DNA of 63,469 bases, counting the filler, from Octopus bimaculoides (lineage: Eukaryota), in the NCBI RefSeq assembly GCF_001194135.2. It is 5 parts of 3 records of this genome, joined end to end, with 100 filler letters (N's around TTAATTAATTAA, not from the genome) between each part and the next. Parts side by side here need not be neighbours in the genome. Positions count along the whole stretch, not along the records: positions 43,938 to 56,703 come from NC_068988.1; positions 56,804 to 60,671 come from NC_068988.1; positions 60,772 to 63,469 come from NW_026299678.1; 2 more parts are not named here. One strand, given 5' to 3'. Under the pieces are notes generated by a model, which saw nothing but the letters and a program-made list of their open reading frames with translations, had not been told where the DNA came from and made no database searches. The translations under genes were made by a program, and so were the position numbers. Within the stretch, counting starts at the first letter, position 1, and every line of letters starts with the position of its first letter. Positions 53,331 through 63,469 of this stretch are shown here, in pieces.

Positions 53331-54495
53331 TAGGGTTATGACTTTTTCACACCCTAATAACCCTATTCTGTAATTCGATAAATAATTTTATAAAAGTCAG
53401 GAAACTAATATTTATTTTGCTTTGTTTGAAAAAAAACATCACCCCCAACATAAGAAAATGATCACCACTTTTGACCCAAATCATGCAAAATTTTAGCGGG
53501 GTTCATAACGCCTGCTCAAGATTTTAGCAAACTTGGTGTGCTGACTCAATGCAATGCAGAAATAGTATATCTGAAATTTCATCTTTCTAGTTGAGGTAGT
53601 TTCGGAGTTATGGGCTTTTAAAACTATAATCACTAGATGGCACTAGATTCACCTTTCAGTATTTCCACTGCTTAAATCTTTGTAAACACAAGAGAGAATG
53701 TGTAATAAAAGTCTATTTAGACATTTTAAAGATTACTGAATTAAAATTGGTCTATTCAAAGGTTCAAAACTAGGCTATTTTAAGACAGAGGCCACTACAA
53801 GCATTCGATGACACACAAAATTTAAAACAGTACATATTTTTAACTTTATGGGTTTAATTCCAATTTTAAATAACTATAAAAAGAAAGGGTGTTGAATGTT
53901 AGCAAATTTTTAAACATAACAAAGAATTAATATGCTTTGTAAGATAAAATGAATCGAAGCTGAAGTTTCTCCTTTTTACAAACATCATAAAGATCTTGAA
54001 GGCCCTTGATTGCCCGTTCTGCACTCTGATTTATTCTGGGAATTTCTAGTTTTGATGGTTCTCGACTCCAAAAGTTTTTACAAAGTTCAATGCTTTTTTA
54101 TGAACTTGCGGGCTACCACATAACTTCTGATAATAATGTGCATTGAACATTCGCTCAGTAAACCAAAAATCTACCCGGAGATGAATCGAAAAACATTGTG
54201 AAGCAAAACTCTTTTCTCTGGTAGAAGAATAAATGCCAAAAGAGCTAGTATTGCTCGAGAATTCCATCTTGCATTACTTGAGTTGGATATTTTTTGAAAC
54301 CTTTCAGTAGGGAATTTGTCGGTTTCTTCAAAGAAAAACTCTGGTCAAATGAAATAGAAATTTCATGCCATCTCGCCATCCTGCTGATTTGAAGATAATA
54401 TAACCTTCTATCCTCACTGCACAGCCATTCACCGTTTTCCTTTGTGATGTCAAGAATTCCTTTCAATGAATCGTATTTTCCTCGTTTTAACATTC
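53331..54495 (-). mobile_element. hAT-like DNA transposon fossil (transposase C-terminal part and 3' end)
   Basis: Minus frames give WLCSEDRRLYYLQI... and PRINQSAERAIKGLQDLYDVCKKEKLQLRFIL. The N.SAER..K motif is typical of hAT-like transposase C-termini. Stops and frameshifts are present, and the left boundary TAGGGTT is approximate. Confidence 0.55.
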
Positions 54496-54788
54496 ATGAT
54501 AGGTATTCAGCACTTTTTTTCTACATTTGCTTGTGATTCAAGACTATGCAACTTCTAAGAAAATAAGCGAATTTCACCTTCCGTTGATTGGACACTTTCC
54601 ATTGTTTAAACGCACAAATGTTCATAAATCGGTGAGATTTGAACATGAAATGCAATGAACCAGGATGAAAAGCACTTTAAAAGATAACAAAACAAAATAA
54701 AATGAATAACAACTAAATAAAACAATTAACTATGTCAAACTCATTATTGAAAACAAGTTAATGTTTCTTTATATTTATTTATTTATTT

Positions 54789-54789
<1 letters not shown>

Positions 54790-54850
<61 letters not shown>

Positions 54851-54872
54851 CGTTATTATTATTATTATTATC

Positions 54873-54913
<41 letters not shown>

Positions 54914-54920
54914 CATTATC

Positions 54921-54952
<32 letters not shown>

Positions 54953-54974
54953 CATTATTATTATTATTATTATC

Positions 54975-55018
<44 letters not shown>

Positions 55019-55019
55019 C

Positions 55020-55081
<62 letters not shown>

Positions 55082-55083
55082 CA
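54790..55083. repeat. Long (ATC)n/(ATT)n microsatellite, representative of dozens of simple repeats in the window
   Basis: Read directly. Similar (ATT)n tracts at about 17061, 20080, 20690, 28327 and 45538; (CA)n at about 2235 and 57567; (CT)n at about 4878. Confidence 0.95.
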
Positions 55084-55469
55084 TTCTTTCCTGTTTTTTT
55101 TTCTGTTTGAAAAATACCAATAATTAACAAAACTGACCTTGTAAATATGTTTGTTGCATTTTTGACAAACTGTGGTGCTCTACCGATTCTTCTTTTGTTG
55201 ACGTTGTTGTTATTGTTATAATTGTCATTGCAGCTATTGCTGTTGTCAGTGGAGCTGCTCTTATTGTTTGTCTCCTTCCGCTTTTCTGTCAATTCTTGTT
55301 TTATTTTTTTGTTTGTTTTGTTTGCCTAGTTTTTGTATTGTTTGTTTGTTTGTTTTTCTTTGCTACCGACATTTTTGTTGTTGTTTTTTATATTGATTTT
55401 GCTGCTAGTGTTGTTGTTTTTATTGTTGCTTTTATGCTTATTTTTCTGTTATTGTTCCTGTTTCTTTTC

Positions 55470-55504
<35 letters not shown>

Positions 55505-55510
55505 TTATTG

Positions 55511-55623
<113 letters not shown>

Positions 55624-55814
55624 TTCAAGCAAAATATGGATTGATCTCTTTTGACAGCTTTCGGATTTTGAAATAAATATTTGCATTTTTTAACGAATTG
55701 TATCATTCCGCCATCATAGCGTCCTGATATCCGCACCATTCTAAATTTGAATATAACATCATAAAACAACATTTTTGAAGCACCTTTATCACTTCAGGTG
55801 CAATGAAATAGCTA

Positions 55815-56010
55815 CACCTGTGAATTGAAAACAGGGCGAATGTCTTATTTTGCCAGAACCTCTAGGGTCCAATATGCACCTATTTAAAAATAAAGTACAA
55901 TATTTTACTTCGACCTCAGTATTTGACTGGTACTTTATTTTATGAACCTCGGAGGGATTTAAGCTCTGAACGTAAAGAGCCGGTAGAAATGGCACTAAGC
56001 ATTTCGTCCG
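55815..56010 (-). mobile_element. Degraded family A SINE
   Basis: Reverse complement core GACTGGTACTTTATTTTATGAACCTCGGAGGGAT...CTCTGAACGTAAAG...AAGCATTTCGTCCGACG. Confidence 0.65.
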
Positions 56011-56079
56011 ACGGGTTTAACTTTTCTGTCAGCTCCCGCTTTTTACATTTCCATACCTGATAAACAAAATTCTTTCTAC

Positions 56080-56265
56080 GATAAGCACAAAGCCTGAAAT
56101 TTTGGGATTAAGTGCTTCTCGATTACATCGACCCCAATGCTCAACTGGTACTTATTTTATCGACCGCAAAAAAGATGAAAAACAGAGTCGTACCCGGCGA
56201 AATTTGAACGCAGAACGTAAAGCCAGAACTATTTTTGTCCGACATGCTGACGACTCTGCCAGCTC
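56080..56265 (-). mobile_element. Family A SINE
   Basis: GATTACATCGACCCCAATGCTCAACTGGTACTTATTTTATCGACC...GCCAGCTCGCTGCC. Confidence 0.8.
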
Positions 56266-56645
56266 GCTGCCAAATGCATCACTCTACCTGGTAAACAAAA
56301 TCAAAATGTTCTATATATTATTAGATATTTGCAGGAATCAAGGACCATTAGATATCTTTAAACCAATTCTAATGCAATATTCGCGATACTTGAATAACTA
56401 CTACTTGACCTTTGACCCACAATGTGTCTTGTATGTCAGCAGCAAATACTGATAAAATGGCATTGGGTATTGGAAGAAATCGCTTCGTAACGGCACGGTT
56501 ATATTCACATGTCAACACCGGAAGTTCTTTTCGACAAGCTAAACCTCGCTAACAGGAAGTTTTATACTACAATATCAAAACGATTTTGTCTCAACTTGTT
56601 TAATCACTAAAAACAAAACAATGATCACAGAATTACAAGCACTGA

Positions 56646-56703
<58 letters not shown>

Positions 56704-56874
56704 NNNNNNNNNNNNNNNNNNNNNNNNNNNNNNNNNNNNNNNNNNNNTTAATTAATTAANNNNNNNNNNNNNNNNNNNNNNNNNNNNNNNNNNNNNNNNN
56801 NNNTATATATATATATATATAACATATATATACATACACACACACACATATATGTGTGTGTGTGTGTGTGTGTG

Positions 56875-57549
56875 TGATCTGGTCAATAGGTATCCGGACT
56901 GTTGCCATAGTAACGAAGCTACAGTATGCACAGTGGATCTGCTTGGCACAGGTTGACCTTGAACTCTGCTGTGCATGCGTAGTAAGCTTTAACGTGCTAG
57001 CTCACTTCCGCTGTTTACAGCAGTGCTCGGAAGGGAGATGTGTAGCGTGTGATCGTCGCATTGACAACGACTGAGAAAGTCGAGCAGAGAATCTGCATGA
57101 AATTTTGCCAAAAGCTTGGCGGTACCTGCTCAGAGGCCTACACAAAGTTTTCAAGAAGTCTTCATCGTTTTCGACACAATGAAGGAGACCTTGTGCAACT
57201 GAAACCTGAGTGTCATTTTGGTCAGCTGAAAGCAGCTTTGGCACAAACTTGGCAGACACGCATCTCATACCCAAATCTTCAGGGATAATGGACTGGACTG
57301 AACCGTAACTAATCTGCACATCCTCTCATAAGTTATGGATGGTGATTCGACGATTTCCCCTCACAGCTGCACGCATATCTGCGATGTCTTTCTCAGTTCT
57401 GCTGGTTGCAGGTCTCTCAGAACGTTCGTCAATATCGACAATTTTTCGGTCATCATGGAAACATCTGAACCACTCATACACTTCTATGGTTCATACACTC
57501 CTCTCCATACACTCTCTGCAACTTGCGTACTCCTCTGAGCAGGTACCGC
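56875..57549. mobile_element. Mariner transposon 5' part with an internal inversion
   Basis: + strand reads TTTEKVEQRICMKFCQKLGGTCSEAYTK (HTH start). From 57549 the - strand continues the same protein (KLQRVYGEECM...VYEWF...DERSERP...VSAKFVPKLL...ENDEDFLKT). Confidence 0.85.
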
Positions 57550-57561
57550 TATGACAACTTA

Positions 57562-57694
<133 letters not shown>

Positions 57695-58891
57695 ACACAG
57701 ACACACACACATATGTATATATATGTTTGTATGCATGTATGTGTGAGTGTGTGTGTGTGTGTGCGCGCGCGTGTGTCAGTGCGTGTGTTCGTGCGTCTGT
57801 AAGTATCGGAAAAGTATGGTAACTATACGATGCAGTTTATACGATTTGTTACGTACGCATGTTTTTGCATTGTCGTTGTTATGCGTCACTTGCAGTGTGT
57901 GTTCATAGTGCAATTCGTTGCTGTTATTCAAAAGTGTCGCAAGTCCAAAACGTTGCTTTTTCAGAAAACGAATAAATAGCTTCACCATTCCATAGTAAAA
58001 CCAATGTACTATACTTTGACAATTTTTGATATCTTGGCATCTGCAGATACGATAGTTTGGCCAAAAGAACCAGCTATTGCAAGTAAAAATAAATATTGAA
58101 AAAAAACAAAAAAAAACAGATTTGGTGAAACTTGGATATACGGCAGTTTGACATAATAGCAACGAATTGAATGTAGATTCACAAAAGTTCAAACACACAT
58201 TCACACACACACACACATATACACATTTATAGATAAATATAATTGTTTTATTATATTGCGTTCAATCGTGATGTGAAAACATGCATTGAAACAGATATTG
58301 TTATACTTGTGGATGACAAAAGGTGACCATCCCCAAGTATAACAATAAGCTTTATTATATTGTTACAAGAGGGCCTGTAGTGACTTTGGAGTTTTGAAGT
58401 ATACGGAGTACTGCTTTATCCTTTCCGCTTTTAATGTTAGGAAATCACTTGTGTTAGACTAAAGCTCTTTTGTCTTTCAGATTTAGGTCGAGCTATAATA
58501 AAACAATTTAACATTAAACTTGAGAATTGCACAATACTTTTTTGTAAAGTATATATTTATTAAATAGAAATCTTATTATTTCTAAATCTCTCAAAGCAAG
58601 ATACGCAGTAACAGCACCATAAAATAATGACCTTTTTCAACATAATGTGGCAGTCCCAGGACGGGACGAATGTTACTGTCATTTAGCCCCAGGAAACATC
58701 GTTGCCAGCTAGCCATACGGCACCAAAATTCTGTATCTTTATATTTTCGAACAAGGGATACCAGTACCTCCATCCAGCACAACTTCGCGTCCACGGACCG
58801 GTTTCTGGATCATTGCCATTTATCAGCGTGTTTATTTGCATCACTATCTCCATATCAGCTTAACTGGATTCCTCTTATAAGCACACTTTAC

Positions 58892-58907
58892 CCCCGCGGA
58901 CTTAGTC
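58892..58907 (-). CDS. Candidate 16-nt micro-exon of the minus-strand gene
   Basis: ttttatattttctgttcttgtaatatcgag|GACTAAGTCCGCGGGG|gtaaag. Phase 1 to 2 gives (G)LSPR(G). The GAG acceptor is uncommon. Confidence 0.35.
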
Positions 58908-59557
58908 CTCGATATTACAAGAACAGAAAATATAAAAATTAAAGAGAAGCTATGAATTATTCAAAGTAGACGACTTTAAACGATTTACGAATATATTGTA
59001 TGTTGATGAAGTGCTACAACAACCTATTCCATATTTATTTCTTTGCCAATTAAGTAAATAGTCACAAAAAATACTATTTCTAGCAAGCGTTTACAAGCTG
59101 GGAAATTATAGTTTTATTCGCATCAGTTACGATTTCGAATTTCTTCAGAAACAGTGTGACGCGTCCAGTTAGAAATCGTTTAACATAATAATTGAAATGA
59201 AAAAGAAGAAAAAAAGAAAAGACACTGAGATGTGGTAATATTATGAAGGACTGTGATCGGAGAGGATTTTATATGTTGACAACGCAACAAGGAAGTATGT
59301 ACATAGTCCTTTGACCTGATAGTAATATCATACAAATTGTTTTCACAAAGANNNNNNNNNNNNNNNNNNNNNNNNNNNNNNNNNNNNNNNNNNNNNNNNN
59401 NNNNNNNNNNNNNNNNNNNNNNNNNNNNNNNNNNNNNNNNNNNNNNNNNNNNNNNNNNNNNNNNNNNNNNNNNNNNNNNNNNNNNNNNNNNNNNNNNNNN
59501 NNNNNNNNNNNNNNNNNNNNNNNNNNTGTATGTATATATATATTATAAAAAATACAA

Positions 59558-60102
59558 GTGGCTAATTCGCAATTTTACAACCTAAACGTAGAAATATGTA
59601 CGTCACTAAAGTGACAAAAGGCACTAATCAGCAATACTATTGCTAGAAATAAGAGTCAAAACAACTCAATAGCCACAGAAGGCACTATTTTAATGATTGA
59701 CGCGGGAGGCAACCACCCTACAGCAGTAGATATAGCCAGATCATCGATCATTTCATATTTTGATGCCGACGCATCTTAATGCTCATCGGTGGCTCTCACT
59801 GCGCCTAGGGTTGAAGTCAGCTCGTCTTGTCTGTTTGGAAGATTTTTGTTGAAATCATACACTGATTTCATAAACGGTAAAAGTGCAAATTAGAAATAAT
59901 GAGGGTGGCTAATTCGCAATTTTACAACCTAAAGGCAGAAATATATACGTCATTAAAGTGACAAAGGGCACTAATCAGCACCAGTATTGCTAGAAATAAG
60001 AGTCAAAACAACCCTTGTCAGTCATTAAGACAGTGCTTTCTGTGGCTACTGAGCTGTTTTGACTCTTATTTCTAGCAATGCTGGTGCTAATTAATGCCCT
60101 TT
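59558..60102. repeat. Direct repeat of about 110 bp plus an inverted copy (fold-back structure)
   Basis: 59558-59686 matches 59905-60012 as a direct repeat. 60032-60102 is the reverse complement of the ...GCACTAATCAGCA...TGCTAGAAATAAGAGTCAAAACA...TAGCCACAGAA.GCACT segment. Confidence 0.9.
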
Positions 60103-60127
60103 ATATATATATATATGTTTACATACA

Positions 60128-60590
60128 TATGAGGTGTGTTCATTAAAGATTTCCCCTGACCAACTTCTCAAGGACTGAGATAAACGAAACTTGTCATAAT
60201 TATTAGTCCTTCCTTACATAGCTACCACTAAAGGCGACACACTTCTATCATCGCTTTATGCAGCTATGAAGACCTCGTCAGTAGAAGTCGGTAGGTTGCG
60301 TCTGGAGCCAAGACTTTACCTCGGAAATAAGTTCATAATCATTCGAAAAGTGTTTCCCCTTCAAAAAAGACTTCATAGTTGGAAAGAGGTGAAAGTCAGA
60401 TGAGGCAAGGTCAGGAGAGTAAGGGGGATGAGGAAGGATTTCATAGCCGCAGGAGTGTACGTCTATCTGGGCAACATGTATATTGTGAATTTGGGTGTTG
60501 TCTTGGAGGATTCCTTTGGATTCCTTTGGTCAGCATGCTGCGTCTCTCTGCTTTGATGGTGTCCCGCAATTTCTGCAGCAGAGGAGCATA
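60128..60590 (-). mobile_element. Mariner transposon 3' half
   Basis: Reads YAPLLQKLRDTIK...GYEILPHPPYSPDLASSDFHLFPTMKSFLKGKHF...KCVAFSGSYVRKD*, containing the YSPDL motif. Ends in a TIR followed by TA. Confidence 0.9.
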
Positions 60591-60604
60591 ATATAATAAA
60601 TATA

Positions 60605-60671
<67 letters not shown>

Positions 60672-61064
60672 NNNNNNNNNNNNNNNNNNNNNNNNNNNNN
60701 NNNNNNNNNNNNNNNTTAATTAATTAANNNNNNNNNNNNNNNNNNNNNNNNNNNNNNNNNNNNNNNNNNNNTGTGTGTGTGTGTGTGTGTGTGTATAATG
60801 GATAGAGAAATTGAAAGGACTGCTTTGGTCCAATGGTAAAATGGCTGGAATGTTAATAGGCGATGCAGGTTCAAATCCCATCGAGAGCCTTTGACTTTTA
60901 CTATCCAGGATCTTTTTACTTCAGTATTTACACGCTATTGCTTATAGCCTTGCTTTGAGATCTATTGCTCTCTCTCTCTCTCTCTCTCTCTCTCGCCCCC
61001 TATATATATATATATATCATGTGATCACATGACTGATCAAGCTATGAGATATTGTTACACATCA

Positions 61065-61280
61065 CTGGTCACAATGCGCTTTTTGCGTTGTTTTAGCCTT
61101 CAAATGACACCACCCCACTGGTGAGGCAAGCAGGCCATTACTAACCCTTGAATGAAAGGGGTAACTGGAGCAGTGTAAAATGAAGTGTTTTGCTCAAGAA
61201 CCCAACACGACAACCAGTCAAGGAATCGAACTCACGATCGAGCAATTGAGAGTCCAGCAGCCTAACTACTAGGCCATGTA
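61065..61280 (-). mobile_element. Third-family SINE, degraded
   Basis: Reverse complement head (GGAATCGAACTCACGATC...CCTAACTACTAGGCCATG) and AATGAAGTGTTTTGCTCAAG core. Confidence 0.6.
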
Positions 61281-61424
61281 GCAATAAGAACAGTAGTAGT
61301 CGTAGTAGAATGTGTGTGTGTGTATATATAAATATATGTATGCCTGTGAGTGTGTAGAAAGAATATGGGAGGCAGTGACATAAGGAGAGAATAAAAACAA
61401 GAAAATACGACAGCACACACGCAC

Positions 61425-61460
<36 letters not shown>

Positions 61461-61799
61461 AGTGTTGGTCTAGCTATGATTGTGGTGGTATCTATCACTG
61501 AGGAGGTAAAATGATGCCGAGACTTTGTGTCTGGTAGCTGAAAGATGTTTGGAGGTTCATTTGATGTGTTATAAAGTCTGCAGAAATGGTGCCAGAAGCC
61601 AAAGGGAGTGGAGAGGGGTAGTAGTAGTAGATTGAACAATAGAGAAAGGGAGGTGCATGTGTGTGTGCATGTGTGGTATCTGGCAGTTGAAAGATGTTGT
61701 TTGGAGATCACAGACTTTATAAGAGAGCTTTTGCCTAGACAAAACCCTGCAGCAAATGGCTTTTGCGTCCTCATGTGTTAAAGATAAATGCACATACAG

Positions 61800-61910
61800 G
61801 CAAAGGGTGCGGCTGTGTTGTAAGAAGCTTGCTCCCCAACCACATGGTTCTGGGTTCAGTCCCACTGCGTGGCACCTTGGACAACCAAAAGCCTTGTGAG
61901 TGGATTCAAT
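61800..61910 (+). mobile_element. Family B SINE head fragment
   Basis: GCTTGCTCCCCAACCACATGGTTCTGGGTTCAGTCCCACTGCGTGGCACCTTGG. Confidence 0.8.
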
Positions 61911-62084
61911 AGGATTAGTGGCTACAGTAGTTGTTGTTTAGCCCCAGGTCAGACCTGGTCCAGACAGAGCTATGATCAAAGACATTCCAGTTGTGACCAC
62001 CCCATCTTTATTTCAAGACAGTAATATGTGATTTAAGGGCAATTTGGCTGCTATTTCTGGGAAATCAAGCAATTAAAGAGAGAG

Positions 62085-62298
62085 ACTTTTCTACTCTAGG
62101 CAAAAGGCCTGAAATTTTAGGAGAGGGGGCCAGTCGATTAGATCAACCCCAGAATGCAACTGATACTTAATTTATTGACCCCCGAAAGGATGAAAGGCAA
62201 AGTTGACCTTGGCGGAGTTTGAACTCAGAACATAAAGACAAAATACTGCTAAGCATTTCGCCTGGCGTGCTAAAATTTCTGCCAGATCGCCGCCTTAA
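62085..62298 (-). mobile_element. Family A SINE
   Basis: GAAAGGATGAAAGGCAAAGTTGACCTTGGCGGAGTTTGAACTCAGAAC...GCCAGATCGCCGCC. Confidence 0.85.
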
Positions 62299-62963
62299 TT
62301 AAAGAGAGAGAGAGAGAGAGAGAGACTGACATCAGGTGGATGTTAGTATTGGCTGTGTTGTGTTGGTAGAAAGAGGAGCTGTTGAGCAGAAGTGGTGGCC
62401 GGTGTAGTTGTAGTAGATTGAATAGGGAAGGGAAGGTAAGAGGAAGAGGGTAGGGAATGCAGAGTAGTAGCAGTGGTATTAGGAGCTGTAAGAGTAGCAA
62501 TAAGAGTAGTAGTAGTAATAGTAGTAGTGGTAGTAGTAGACAACATAGAAATGGTAGTAGTAGCAGTAGTAGTAGCAGCAGCAGCAATGGGAATAGTAGT
62601 AGTAGTAGTAGTAGTAGCGTTTGTAGTAAAAGGTAACAATGGTAAATAAGAGAGAAGGATGAGAGGGAAAGGGGCAGGAGGGGAGGGAGAAAGAGAGAGG
62701 GACTGAAGTCTGTGGTGGGGACGATGGTAGTGGTGGTAGCAGCAGCAGCAGCAGTAGTAGTGGTGGTGGTGGTGGTGATGATAGTAGTAGTGGTAGATCT
62801 TTGAGGAGTGGCGGTGAGAGGTGATGATGGTGATGGCGGTGACAGTGCCGGTGGGGTTGAAAAGGTGGGCTGGCAGGTAGGATGGTAGGTAGGTAGGTAA
62901 GGTAAGGTAAGGTAAGGTAAGGTAAGGAAGGAAGGCAGGTGTTGACAACCAGGCCATGCATAC

Positions 62964-63162
62964 CTTCACAAATATCTAGTAGAGAACTTGACAAAGAAGA
63001 CTTCTTGATACCACACTCAGGAGCAGAGAGTCTATTTACCGCGGGCTCCGACGGTTTCAGTACATCATAGATCAGCACTCGCGAGTCGTCGTCGATTGTG
63101 TTCCGAGTGGCACGGTGCCGTTGTAACTCCTCCTCGATACGCAAACTCTCTAATCCGGTCGT
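62964..63162 (-). CDS. 199-nt internal coding exon of an unidentified minus-strand gene
   Basis: Acceptor ttctgttctgttctcttacag| and donor GAAG|gtatgc. Only one frame is open: TTGLESLRIEEELQRHRATRNTIDDDSRVLIYDVLKPSEPAVNRLSAPECGIKKSSLSSSLLDICE(G), phase 0 to 1. Confidence 0.8.
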
Positions 63163-63260
63163 CTGTAAGAGAACAGAACAGAAGAATGAAGTGAAAGATG
63201 GCGGACAGTGGGGTCTTTAACAATATTCTGATATACCACAATAACCTAGGATTCAAAGGC

Positions 63261-63469
63261 CCCATGGCTGTTTAATACCTGACCCATGGCTATTTAATAC
63301 CTGACCCATGGCTATTTAATACCTGACCCATGGCTATTTAATACCTGAACCATGGCTGTTTAATACCTGACCCATGGCTGTCTAATACCTGACCCATGGC
63401 TATTTAATACCTGACCCATGGCTATTTAATACCTGAACCATGGCTGTTTAATACCTGACCCATGGCTGT
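63261..63469. repeat. 22-bp minisatellite, 9.5 copies, running off the window edge
   Basis: Unit CCCATGGCT(A/G)TTTAATACCTGA read directly. Confidence 0.95.

Noticed and set aside
62479-62963. Low-complexity continuation of the 221-aa minus ORF
   Set aside because: It lies beyond a good donor (GAAG|gtatgc) and consists of simple repeats, so it is treated as intron.

Overview
Repeat-rich animal genomic DNA with many N gaps, most consistent with an octopod cephalopod. That assignment is inferred from the tRNA-derived SINE families, the extreme (TA)n/(CA)n/(ATT)n/(AGAT)n density, and His/Asn/Gly-run protein style; no database search was run. The clearest gene is a single 586-codon + strand ORF (34552-36312) encoding a C2CD4-like protein, with an N-terminal TPxxIPxFxIP motif and a C-terminal C2 domain. 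A second, unidentified gene can be pieced together on the - strand from six predicted exons (63162-62964, 58907-58892, 50741-50697, 39544-39537, 31689-31637, 26364-25975). Their splice phases chain into one open frame and include 16-nt and 8-nt micro-exon candidates. In this model the C2CD4-like ORF is nested antisense inside one intron. The rest is SINEs, fossil LINEs (Tx1/L1-like, RTE-like), a Penelope GIY-YIG fragment, mariner/Tc1/hAT-like fossils, a Tigger-like MITE, mini- and microsatellites, one pre-miRNA-like hairpin and a fold-back repeat. Most ORFs in the supplied track are microsatellite or N-gap artefacts.
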